A DNA stretch of 64,000 nt from Candidatus Marinacidobacterales bacterium (GTDB lineage Bacteria > Acidobacteriota > Vicinamibacteria > Marinacidobacterales > DATDRI01): assembly GCA_965219415.1 (NCBI GenBank), contig CBDCNP010000002.1, forward strand, positions 3,648,001 through 3,712,000, written 5' to 3'. A program made the translations under genes and the position numbers. How positions within the stretch are numbered: the first letter of the stretch is position 1; every line of letters begins with the position of its first letter. The notes below the pieces were generated by a model. It did not search any database. It saw nothing but the letters and a program-made list of their open reading frames with translations, and had not been told where the DNA came from. Of this stretch, positions 11,294-21,583 are shown one piece after another.

Positions 11294-11728
11294 ATGAGAG
11301 AGGAAGTCCTGTCCGCCCTCCGGGAATTGGGAATCGAGCAGCCTCTGCGCATCAGAGTTCGAGGTTTCTCGATGGCTCCCGATCTTCCGGACGGTGCGAC
11401 CGTCGAGATCTCACCTCGAATGATCTACTTGCCCGGGGACGTTATCGCTTTCGTGGCGCCTAATGGAGAGCTGAGGGTCCACCGCGTCCTCGGCTATCGA
11501 TGGCAGCTCTCCCACTGGCGCGTAGTTACCAAGGGGGATAACGCGAGCTGGATCGACCCCTCGGTGACGCCGGATCAAGTGCTAGGCCTCGTGCGAGGTG
11601 GCGACTGCGCACGCTCCATCTACGAGGTTCCTATCAGCCACCGTTTTCGAGCCGTCGGCCTCTTGCTCCGGAGGCTCGTCACATGGTGTGCCGCGATCCA
11701 TGGGCGAGAACATCATGAACTTCGGTAA
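11294..11728 (+). CDS. S24/S26 family peptidase
   Basis: RVRGFSMAP (catalytic Ser), PGDVIAF, VHRV (His), VTKGDNA; no N-terminal TM anchor. Confidence 0.85.
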   Translation: MREEVLSALRELGIEQPLRIRVRGFSMAPDLPDGATVEISPRMIYLPGDVIAFVAPNGELRVHRVLGYRWQLSHWRVVTKGDNASWIDPSVTPDQVLGLVRGGDCARSIYEVPISHRFRAVGLLLRRLVTWCAAIHGREHHELR

Positions 11729-12656
11729 TCAGTTCCTGAGCTGCCCCGATCTGTTTCCCGCCCGTCTCGCCGGTGAACCTTGGGGGAAGCGGAGCGTGGC
11801 GATCGACTTCTTGGGAAAGCGGTACTTGGTCACGGGGCTCAACAAAGAACAAGCCGACGCAATTCATGCTCACTTCGGTCCCTACTGTCTGCCCGGCGAT
11901 TCCACAGTTTCACCCGAGGTAGAGATTCGGATTTATCGAGCGGACGAAGAAGACTTCAGAAGCTTCGATCTCCGTGGCTGGGACTACACCCTCGACATGG
12001 ACTACCGGGTTGACTCCGTCCGAGTGGCCGGACTCGATTTCATGGGACTTCTCGAGTGCCGCCACGATCTCGTCGCGGCTATTTGGACTTCGGCTCGAGA
12101 CGCGGACGGCTTCTGCGGAGTCTTCGAGAACTTCCTCCGCGTGACCGCCCAGTATCATTTGCTCAGGTCCGGTGGAGTTTTGCTACACAGTGCCGCCTTT
12201 GTCATAGAAGGCACTGCCTATGTCTTCCCCGGCCGCTCCGGGGCGGGCAAGTCGACAGTCTGCCATCTGGCCAAGATACAGGGATGGCGGATCTTGAGCG
12301 ATGAGCTCAACGCTGTCTCGATGCAAGAAGGTCGTGCACTCGTTCGGCAAGTGCCGTTCGCCGGCGACTTCGGGCGGACGAGTTGCTCGAGCAAGTCGTT
12401 TCCCTTAGCCGCCATCTTCAAACTGCGCCAGGCGGAGGACGACACCATCCAGCCGATCTCGCCATCGCAATCGCTCGGCTCGATGTTGTCGTGCGCGCCC
12501 TTCGTGAATCTCGACCCTCACCGATGTGAAACAGCCTCAACCGTGTTGGAGGAGATCGCCTCGGGCCACCCGGGCTTCACACTGAGTTTTTCCCTTGGGG
12601 GGAACTTGAGAGCACTCGAGAGATTCTGTTCTCGCTCGGAGGTACCGGCACTATGA
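11715..12656 (+). CDS. HprK-related P-loop kinase-like protein (ScmC-like)
   Basis: LLHSAAF...FPGRSGAGKST Walker A, LSDE, PFAG. Confidence 0.75.
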   Translation: MNFGNQFLSCPDLFPARLAGEPWGKRSVAIDFLGKRYLVTGLNKEQADAIHAHFGPYCLPGDSTVSPEVEIRIYRADEEDFRSFDLRGWDYTLDMDYRVDSVRVAGLDFMGLLECRHDLVAAIWTSARDADGFCGVFENFLRVTAQYHLLRSGGVLLHSAAFVIEGTAYVFPGRSGAGKSTVCHLAKIQGWRILSDELNAVSMQEGRALVRQVPFAGDFGRTSCSSKSFPLAAIFKLRQAEDDTIQPISPSQSLGSMLSCAPFVNLDPHRCETASTVLEEIASGHPGFTLSFSLGGNLRALERFCSRSEVPAL

Positions 12657-12934
12657 GCTACGCCTTGTGCAACGACGTCCGCTACCGGCTCCTCCTCAAC
12701 GAGGCTGTTGTCATTCGACAAGATGCAGCCAAAGTCCTCGGATTGAACCTTGTCGGAGCCCGAGTCCTAGAGCTGATCGACCAGGGGCATGGCCAGAGAG
12801 TGATCCTGACGTCACTCGCGGAGGAGTTCGATGTCGCTCCGCGGGAGCTCGAAGCAGATGTGAGTGCTTTCTTGCGAGAGCTCGTGGAGCTCGAGATTGT
12901 CGAGACTGTTCAAACCGCAACCGGAGCCAACTGA
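12653..12934 (+). CDS. PqqD family RiPP recognition element
   Basis: 93 aa; LNLVGARVLELID, LAEEFDV, LEADVSAFLREL..LEIV pattern. Confidence 0.9.
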   Translation: MSYALCNDVRYRLLLNEAVVIRQDAAKVLGLNLVGARVLELIDQGHGQRVILTSLAEEFDVAPRELEADVSAFLRELVELEIVETVQTATGAN

Positions 12935-12935
12935 C

Positions 12936-13998
12936 ATGGGCTACCACGACGTGATGAAACGCATGGCCGATGAACACGCCCTCATGTCGGTGCTCTTGGA
13001 GCTCACTTACCGCTGCAATCTGGATTGCTTTTTCTGTTACAACGATCTCAACCTCGAGGGCGAACGCCTGTCAACCAACAACTATCTTCAGCTACTCGAA
13101 GACCTGCGCAACTTACAGGTGATGGTCCTCGTCCTATCCGGTGGGGAGCCTCTGACTAGTCCGGCGTTTTGGCCTCTCGGACGCAGGGCTAGAGAGTTGG
13201 GCTTCGTGACCCGCGTCAAATCGAACGGGCACGCCGTCGGAAAGGATGTCGCTCGCCGGCTCAAGAAAGAAGTAGACCCTTATGTCGTCGAGGTCAGCCT
13301 ACACGGCGCTTGCGCCGAGACCCATGACCGCCAGACTCGGGTCGAAGGAAGCTTCGACAAGCTGACCGCTAACCTAGAAGAGATGCGGCGGGCCGGCTTG
13401 CGGGTTAAGCTCAACAGCACGCTCACCCAATGGAACGAGAAACAGATCGCGGAGATGTTCGCCCTCGCGGACGACTTGGATATTCCGCTTTCCATGGACG
13501 CCGTGGTTACCCCGAGAGATGACGGTGATCGCGAGCCCCTCGCAATCGCAGCCTCGGCCGAAGGGGTGGCGCATCTCTATTCATTGCTGCGAGAGCGAAA
13601 AGGGCACCCTCCCCAGGAGATTCTTTCCGGTTGGCACGAGTGGACGGAAAAATTGCGGTACCGGCTCCGCGACGCTCGCGGTCGATCCCTTTGGAAACGT
13701 GTACCCGTGCATTCAGTGGCGCAGGCTGGTTGGGAATCTACACCGACATTCGATCGAGGAGATCTGGGGCGGATCCAAAGCGCTCGATGAGATCCGACGA
13801 TTGAACACAGACGCGGGGCGATTGGTAGACAGCTTGGGTCCCGCGGGCCAAGACATGGGATTCTGTCTCGGGCTGGCGGAAGAGCTGACCGGCGATCCTC
13901 TCGCTCTTTGTCCCCAGGCCGAGCGAAACCTGGGTGTCCTGCGAGAGCTACAGACGAAAACCGAGACGATACGGCTGCCTATTTACGGGCAGGACTGA
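12936..13998 (+). CDS. radical SAM / SPASM-type peptide maturase (frameshift ~13600-13640)
   Basis: ELTYRCNLDCFFCY (CxxxCxxC), LSGGEP; second frame CGTGSATLAVDPFGNVYPC...GNLHRHSIEEIW...FCLGLA...TGDP. Confidence 0.88.
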
Positions 13999-15626
13999 TT
14001 GTCTTCGGGTCTCGATCGAGCCCGACAACAACTCCCACAATAACACTGAGAAGGGCGGCGTTCGCGGGCAAATGAAGACTTGAAATCGGTAAAACTATGA
14101 AGCGCGATTGCCAACGCCGCAGAGCAATATCCGGCGTGTAAATAGCGTGCGGCACGGTCACCGAGTAGCCTTTGTCGAGTGCGCCAAGCCGCCTTCCAAA
14201 CGCAGGCTACGAGCCACAAGAAAAGTAGTAGCCCGGGCACACCCAACTCTATGAGGAGCTGCAAATAGTCGTTGTGGGCGTGGGTGTAGGAGACAGCCCC
14301 TCCAAAGCTTCGGTAGATGGGGAAGACCTGGCCGAATGTCCCTAAACCCGATCCGGTAAGCCAAAAATCACTGGTCGCCTGCACGCTGTCCGACCACACT
14401 CGCTGACGCCCCACTTCCTCGTTCCAAAGCTCGGAGACCGCGTCGAAACGCTGAGCCAGGATACCCATTCCAAACCAAATCATGATTCCGGCGACGACGA
14501 AAGAGATTGCTCGAAGGCTTCGCGCCGCGTAGCGCGCCCGTTCGCCAGCACGAACTTCGATCGGCCCTGCTCCTGGTGATCGTGAGCCAACCAGTACGGT
14601 GAAAAGTGCAAGGGCGGCTACCGCAGCGATGATCCCCGACCGGGAGAGCGAAAAGAGGAGTCCCAGGCCAATCACGATAAGTCCGAAGCCTACGATGACG
14701 AACTTGGCTCGCGACTCTTGCCGGACGACATCGGCTAGGCGCGAGAAGCCGGTTCTTTGTGCGTCACTGGTGTCGACACGAGCCATCCTGGCCCCGATCC
14801 AACCGGCGCTGCAGAGCAAGAGCATCTCCATGCTGGCAGCGTAATGGTTGGGGTTGCCGAACGTCCCGCGAGCTCGGAGTCCCACATCCGATGGATCGGC
14901 GCCGAGCAGTTCCTGCAATCCAACAAGCCACTGAGTGATCCCGTACAGGCCAGCCGCGACGCCCACTATCAGGAGCATCGACGAGAGGCGGTCAACGGAG
15001 CGGCGATTCGAAGCCAAGCAAACACCAACGTAGAAAAGAGCGAGGTAGGCCACCCAAAGGCAAAGTCCGCGCTCGATTAGAAAGCTAGACAGTGTTATGG
15101 GTGCTTCGATCGAAGCTTCTTCGTCGAGCATGAGGCCTTGAGCTGCCATCCGGATCTCGCTCGCCCGTGGGGATAGCCGAAGCATCCAACCTTCACGCAG
15201 TGGTAGTAAGGACGCTCCCATCCAAACGGTGAGCAGCAAGAGGGGCATTCCCAAGCCGGCTCGCTTGAATTCGTATCCGGCAAAGAAGAAGGAATCTGGG
15301 CGCCTCTCGGTACGGCCCGGAAGCAGAATCTCGACTCCCGCTACACTTCCTCGCGCAGGAAAGAGGCCTAGACTCAACAGACGGCTGACGGTGGCTAGGT
15401 GCGGATACCGAACGGCGAAAGGCAATTTCCGCGAGGCACGCCGCTGCTCCAAGTTGCGCGCCCTTTCTTCCGGGTTGGTACACCACAAGACACGCAAGAG
15501 AACCCACGACAAGAGACAACCCGCCCCGAGCTCGAGGAGGAGGGTCGCCCACGGCGAGTAGCCTCCCCATCCCAGGGTCACGCAAACCAGCAATAGCACG
15601 ATGGCGTAAGGAAGGTGACGGGGCAT
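13979..15626 (-). CDS. O-antigen ligase family protein (frameshift ~14080)
   Basis: GTFGNPNHYA, SLSRSG, GSGLGTF, HAHNDYLQLLIELG; HSFTDF continues as SLHLPANA in another frame. Confidence 0.85.
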
Positions 15627-15633
15627 TTGCTTG

Positions 15634-16833
15634 TTACGAACCTTCTGCGGATGGCTTGTTCAGAAGCAGGAGTTGTCTAAGCTCTCGATCGGCTTGTGAA
15701 TGTCGTGGGTTTAGCCGCAGGACTTCCCGGTAGGACTCAATCGAGGCTCGCCGGTTCCCGGTCTTGCGGTACGCACGGGCCAAGCCAAGCCGTATGTCGG
15801 GATCGTGCGGAGCAGCTTCGGTGGCCTTCAGCAAAAGGCTCTCTGCCATGACCGCCTGCTCCGCCTTCAGATACTGGTAGCCCATGCCTCTCAAAAGCCC
15901 CACGCTAGCCGAAGACGATACGCCGGCATGCCGCTCCACCTTCCTTAGTGCTTCGCTGAAGGCCTCATAAGCTCGCTCCGGCTGACCTAGCTCGAGGTGG
16001 GCCCTCGCGATCACCAAAGCAGCACGAGCAAAATGTGTCCCCACACGCCCCGAGCGATCTTCCTGCTCGAGCCACTCTTGTCCCGTTCGAAGCGCGATAG
16101 CGGGCGCGTTCCACTCGAAGGCCCATCGTGCCGCGTCGAAGAAAAGTTCCCTCTCCGAGGCTGATTCGAGAACCTCGGCGAGAACGTTCAGAGCCTCGGT
16201 TCTGTGCCCCGACCCGGCGAGGGCTAGTGCCAGCTCTTTTCTTGCCGGAACGGTCTCAGGCGTCAAGTCGCGCCACCTGTCCGCTGGCACGCCACTCCAG
16301 GCGACGAGCTTCAACGAGCTGGGGACGAGGTCGGGCTCGAGCTTCATCGCCAACGCCAGGTGACCCAGGCCGCGACGGTGAGCATCGCCGGACTGATCCG
16401 AACTCTGCGACGCAACCTTCCTTATTCGAAGCGGTTCGAGCCTAGGTGTAAGCAACCATTGCGCATACGTGAAACGAAGACGTCCATTCGTGGGAGAAAG
16501 CTCGATGGCCACTTCGAAGGCCCGCTCGCTCAGCTCGCGTTCTTCCAGTCGATTCGCTAGAAAAGCTGCAAGTAGAAATGGCGACTGATAGGAGGCGGGA
16601 GCCTCTTTCAACGATTGGCGAAGATAGGGTCGAATGCGGCTCGAGAAGTCCTTGGACTCGATGGCGTGACGAGTGAGGCCTAACGTTGCTTCTGGATGTC
16701 GCAGCCGCAGGTTCGCCCCGAGATCGATCTCACTGGGAGATCGCGCCCACCTCTCTTGCTCATAGAAGAAAAACGAGGCCCCAGCATAGGCGCCAGCGAC
16801 GACGGCAAGGATGCTAGTCAGCACAAACCGCAT
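15634..16833 (-). CDS. TPR-repeat membrane-anchored/periplasmic protein
   Basis: N-terminal hydrophobic segment; TPR patterns such as LGLARAYRKTG...YREVLRLNP. Confidence 0.7.
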   Translation of the reverse strand: MRFVLTSILAVVAGAYAGASFFFYEQERWARSPSEIDLGANLRLRHPEATLGLTRHAIESKDFSSRIRPYLRQSLKEAPASYQSPFLLAAFLANRLEERELSERAFEVAIELSPTNGRLRFTYAQWLLTPRLEPLRIRKVASQSSDQSGDAHRRGLGHLALAMKLEPDLVPSSLKLVAWSGVPADRWRDLTPETVPARKELALALAGSGHRTEALNVLAEVLESASERELFFDAARWAFEWNAPAIALRTGQEWLEQEDRSGRVGTHFARAALVIARAHLELGQPERAYEAFSEALRKVERHAGVSSSASVGLLRGMGYQYLKAEQAVMAESLLLKATEAAPHDPDIRLGLARAYRKTGNRRASIESYREVLRLNPRHSQADRELRQLLLLNKPSAEGS

Positions 16834-16855
16834 GGTGTTGCAGAAAGAATGGAGT

Positions 16856-17585
16856 CTATTTCCCTACCACCAGCGAACGCCTCACCTTGGACACGGAGTC
16901 GGCCCGCGACTCGCCAAAGGGCGCTGACACGAGGCGGGCTTCGGGGAGCACGTCACTCAACACGAGCCGGATCGCCCCACCCTTCTCCTCGAACGAGTAC
17001 TGCTCCAAGCGGCGAAGGGCGGACTGCACCATGTCTTCGGAGTAAGGCCCCATCTTGCCGATACGGATCTTGGGGTGTCGGGTCATGGAGACCGACTCGC
17101 TGTTGAGCTGCAGTTCTTCGTGGAGTTTCTCCCCCGGGCGAAGGCCGGTAAAAACGATTTCCACATCCTCGAACGGCTTGAGACCCGAAAGCAGGTCATG
17201 TCGCGCGCGAGATCCAGAATGCGCACCGACTCGCCCATGTCGAGAATGTATATTTCACCCCCTTCTCCCATGGCACCCGCCTGGAGAACTAGTTGGGCCG
17301 CTTCCGGAATCGTCATGAAATAGCGCCTCACCTGGGGATGGGTGACGGTCACCGGTTCACCCCGCGCGATCTGTTCTCGAAAAATGGGGATAACGGATCC
17401 GGCCGAGCCCATGACGTTTCCGAACCGAACTGCAACGTAACGAGTCGGAAAGCGACGCCCGAGATCCTGCACGATCAGTTCCGCCATCCTCTTCGAGGCT
17501 CCCATGATGGAAGTCGGTCGGACCGCCTTGTCGGTAGAAACGAGTACAAACGTACTCACCCCGAGCTCACCGGCCAGCACCTCGA
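16856..17585 (-). pseudogene. CapD-like nucleoside-diphosphate sugar epimerase/dehydratase, C-terminal fragment with frameshift
   Basis: [38 protein letters not shown], then [12 protein letters not shown] in another frame; 5' two-thirds missing. Confidence 0.88.
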
Positions 17586-18104
17586 GGGACGGTACGAACT
17601 TCGTGCCAATCTTCACGCTGTCCGCTGATCGCTTTCAGGCTCGAAACGGTGGAGCTGTTTCCGAAGTTGAAGTGAGAAGCACCTTTCTTCTGACTAACCG
17701 CGAGCGGGTTCAACACGACGTTGCGGAAATGATTGAGCTCGATATTCTCCTTCAGCCTCGTGAGATTATCTGGGTGAAGGCTCAAAGGCGTGCACCCGCC
17801 CTTTTTCTCCCACCAGTTGCGCTAATAGCAACGTGTAAAGCCCATGGTGGGCGCCGACGTCCAGTACAACGTCGCCCGGTGCAACCCACTCTCTGAGGCG
17901 TCTTCTCGCGTCTAACTCGTGGCGGAGCAGGAGCTGAAAGTCTCCGCCCTCTCGAGGATAGAGAGCGAAACGAAAAGGGCATCCGAGCTCGCGGTGGGTC
18001 ACCACCCACCGCCTTGGAAGCAGGTGTAGAGCCTTGCGCATGACGACTTTGGGAACGACTGATTTGATCGCACGATGCACATATGGACCGAGATGGTTGT
18101 TCAT
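17586..18104 (-). pseudogene. FkbM family methyltransferase, N-terminal part, frameshifted and truncated
   Basis: VLDVGAHHGLY, VHAFEPSP, NLTRLKENIELN; ends at EVRTV where it joins capD sequence. Confidence 0.82.
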
Positions 18105-19329
18105 GGAGTGGGCCCCCAGGCGCGACCGGCTGAGGCGGGCGCTCCATCCTGCATGAGAATGGGAGCGCGTTCTTTCGTGTTGGATCGTCTGGGTGGCGCC
18201 GATACCCGCATCCGCCTCGCGCTCAATGCGATGACCAGGAAGGGCAGGGCTCCGTTCTTGAGAAAGAAGAACACGACGTTGTCTGAATCGGACACGAGAA
18301 GAACGAAACTCAGGTTGATCAGGACGGGGTAGAGGAGAAAACGCGCGTCTTCTGGCCGTAGGGTGGTCAGCATGTGCCGCACCCTCTGAACGAAGCACCC
18401 AAGAATCGCGAAGGCGAGGGCCGCCGCAAGCGGACCGAAGTTGAGCATCGCCTCCCCGGCAAGGCCGTAAACGCGAGATGATTGCAACTTTCCCGGAACG
18501 TACGAGCCGGCCCCGTACTGAGCCTCTGTCCCTTCCTTGACTTTCGTTGGGGGACGGCTCGCCAGAGCGCCCGCGGCACGACCAGTGCCGCCGCCCCTAA
18601 GTAGGTCCGCCCCATTCCGAAACGATAGTCGTCGGGGTATAACAACAACCGATAAAGGAGGAATGCCTGGACATCGCTCCGCGCCAAGTCGCTGAGGATG
18701 GTGGCCTCCAATGTCCGACCCGTCTAACCCGCCAGTGCGGTAACACCTTCGCTCGTTTTGAAGGCCTCCAAGGCTTCTACACCAAGAGCCTTATAGAAGC
18801 CGTAGAGGTACATGAAGGAGATCAGAAAAACGATGCCTACCAGGATCACCTTCTTCGGTACCTGTCTCACCCAGAAGTGAATGATGCCGACTGCCCAGAA
18901 GAGGCCCCATATGGTGTTGCTCCGGCTTCCACGGAGTCCTCCGAAAAACAGCTTGAACGATAGATAGACCAGCAACACCCCAATGATTACGCTCCAGGAA
19001 TACCCGACCCGGCGATGGTGCGCATAGACCGCGAAACCCATGAGCGCGATGATCGGGAAACTTTCGGAGATCATGAACACCCATCCCATTCCCTGGAACC
19101 CCTCGGACTCCGTATAGGCGGTCATGTAACCCAGCACGCCGCACATCCATACCGGAAGGACGAACCAATGGACGAAACGACCGGAAGACGCAATGGTCAA
19201 GATCAGAACAAGACAGCACAAGTAGCAAGCCAAGAAGAAACTACCAGTCGAAATGTGGGTATACGCGTCAGCGGGCAGTCTTCTGGTGGGTTTCCCGAGA
19301 GTAGATGGCCCTGGTGCGTGCTCAGACAC
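18101..19329 (-). pseudogene. polysaccharide polymerase (Wzy-like) membrane protein, disrupted
   Basis: Hydrophobic, GGLRGSRS, EAMLNFG; in-frame TAG at 18724-18726, frameshift ~18555, probable internal deletion ~19130. Confidence 0.65.
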
Positions 19330-19916
19330 GATAGATCGACTCCATATGTTTGACGCTCTCCTCTATGTTGAACGAACTGTTTTCCACCAGAGCAAGTGCC
19401 TCACGTCCCATCAACTCCGGACGCGTATCACGCGCGGCGAGGATCGCGTCTGCCCACACTGGTGCCGGGGAGGTGAGCGGCAGCCGTCGCAACAGGGGCC
19501 CCACGACATCCGCTTCTGGCGGGACGACATCCGCTATCACACAGGGCAATCCGGCTGCTTGAGCTTCCACGAGCGCCAACCCCAAGCCTTCCCACAACGA
19601 GGGGAAAAAGAACACGTCTGTTGCACCTACCATCAGGCGAGGAACATCGGTTCTGGTTCCCGCGAAGACGAATCTGTCCGCCATCTTGAGTTTGTCCACT
19701 TTTCGTTCGATGATTGGTCGCAGTTTGCCGTCCCCAACGAGCAGGAATCGAGCGTTAACGTCGCGGCGGGCGATTTCGCGAGCAACTTCTATCCATAAGT
19801 GATGGTTCTTCTGTTCCGTAAAGTTCCCCACATGCCCCACCACGAAGGCGTCGGCGGGGATTCCAAGCTCGGCTCGCACAGAGGACTTGTCAATACGCGA
19901 GCGAAAAGGGGACAGG
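19322..19916 (-). pseudogene. GT4 glycosyltransferase, C-terminal fragment truncated at IS256 end
   Basis: GHVGNFTEQKNH, FPSLWEGLGLALVEAQAAGLP. Confidence 0.88.
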
Positions 19917-20420
19917 GAGTCAAGCCCATTCTTAGTTGAAACTCTCCACGGCTCACGTTTAAGCGACCTTCTTCTTCGATACGGTTGATGTCTTCGCCTC
20001 GATCTTCAGTTCCCGCTTGAGAGCTTCGCGAAGCTTGGGAAGATGGCGGTAGCCCACCACCTTCCTCAAGCGCGGTTCGATGTCTACGAGCGCCGTTGCC
20101 AACCAGCGCCGTTGCCAACCAGCGCTGGCGTTGGCTCGAGTTCTTCCAGTGGTCGACCTTCGCGCAGCGTTCCTCGACGAGAGCATTGACGGACTCAAGG
20201 CAGTTCGTCGTCTTGAACGAACGGCCCAGCACCGCGTGCACGCCGAGTCGATGCAACGTCAGCGTCTCCTCGAGGCCTTCCTCCAGGCTGCCAGCTGCGG
20301 ATTGGTTCCGCTCTTCTAACTCACCGTGGAGTTGCTCGAGCGCAGTGAGGGCCTCTTCGTACTCCTGGACTTGACCCGCTTTCGTGGACACCTAATCCTT
20401 ATGGGAGACAGGAGTCCACG

Positions 20421-20735
20421 ATGTCAAAGCAGGGAAACAGATACGCGGCCGAGTTCCGGCGCCAAATGGTAGAGCTGGTGCGAGCGGGCCGCGGCTCCGA
20501 AGAGCTGGCGCGAGAGTTTGAGCCCTCGGGCCAGACGATCCGGAACTGGGTGAACCAGGCGGATCTCGACGAGGGTCGCAGGCAGGACGGTCTGACGAGT
20601 GAGGAGCGTGCGGAGCTCCGCCGCCTGCGACGGGAGAACCGTCAACTACGGTTGGAGCGGGAGATCCTCTCAAAAGCCGCGGCCTGGTTCGCTCGGGAGA
20701 CCGAGTCGGTACCACCGAAGCCTTCCGATTCGTGA
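20421..20735 (+). CDS. IS3 transposase OrfA
   Basis: HTH plus leucine zipper ELRRLRRENRQLRLEREILSKA; A4G slippery site at CAAAAG. Confidence 0.92.
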   Translation: MSKQGNRYAAEFRRQMVELVRAGRGSEELAREFEPSGQTIRNWVNQADLDEGRRQDGLTSEERAELRRLRRENRQLRLEREILSKAAAWFARETESVPPKPSDS

Positions 20736-21583
20736 GGGCGAACCAGGATTCACTACCGGTTGCCACGATGTGCCGACTGCTGGACGTCTCCGCCAGCGGC
20801 TACTATGCGTGGCTTGAGCGTGCCCCGTCGGCCCGCGCGGTGTCGGATGCGGAGTTGCTTGAGAAGATCCGGGCGATTCACACCGCGTCGCGGAGCACGT
20901 ACGGCGCGCCGAGGATCCTCCACGAGCTACGAGAGACACACGAGCTCCACGTCTCACGCAAGCGTGTAGCGCGGCTGATGCGCGAGGCTGACATTCAAGG
21001 TGTTCACCGGCGCAAGAGGGCGCACACTACGATTCGCTGTGACGACGCCCGTCCCGCCCCCGATCTCGTCGACAGGAATTTCGAGGTGGACCGGCCCGAC
21101 CGCCTGTGGGTCGCCGATATCACCTACGTGCCTACGTGGTCGGGCTTCTTGTTCCTCGCCGTCGTGCTGGACGCCTTCAGCCGACGCATCGTCGGATGGG
21201 CAATGGCTACCCACCTGCGGACGTCGCTCGTCTTGAGCGCCCTCGACATGGCGCTGTTCCAACGCAAGCCCGGCGACGTCACCCATCACTCGGACCAGGG
21301 CACGCAGTACACGTCACTAGCGTTCGGCCAGCGATGCCGGGAGGCCGGGGTGCGACCGTCGATGGGTTCGGTCGGGGACTGTTACGACAATGCGATGTGC
21401 GAGAGCTTCTTCGCGACGCTCGAGTGCGAGCTGATCGAGCGCCGGTCGTTTCGCTACCACGCTGAGGCGCGCATGGCGACCTTCGATTTCATCGAAGGCT
21501 GGTACAACCCGCGACGACGACACTCCGCCATCGACTATTGCTCGCCTATCCAATTCGAAAGGAGGTACTATCGCGACGCTTGA
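20732..21583 (+). CDS. IS3 transposase OrfB (DDE)
   Basis: WVADITYV, HHSDQGTQY, DNAMCESFF. Confidence 0.95.
   Translation: MRANQDSLPVATMCRLLDVSASGYYAWLERAPSARAVSDAELLEKIRAIHTASRSTYGAPRILHELRETHELHVSRKRVARLMREADIQGVHRRKRAHTTIRCDDARPAPDLVDRNFEVDRPDRLWVADITYVPTWSGFLFLAVVLDAFSRRIVGWAMATHLRTSLVLSALDMALFQRKPGDVTHHSDQGTQYTSLAFGQRCREAGVRPSMGSVGDCYDNAMCESFFATLECELIERRSFRYHAEARMATFDFIEGWYNPRRRHSAIDYCSPIQFERRYYRDA

Noticed and set aside
11106-12934. Lasso peptide cluster or PQQ biosynthesis
   Set aside because: No asparagine-synthetase-like cyclase or transglutaminase B2 protein; precursor lacks the PqqA ExxxY motif; no pqqB/C.
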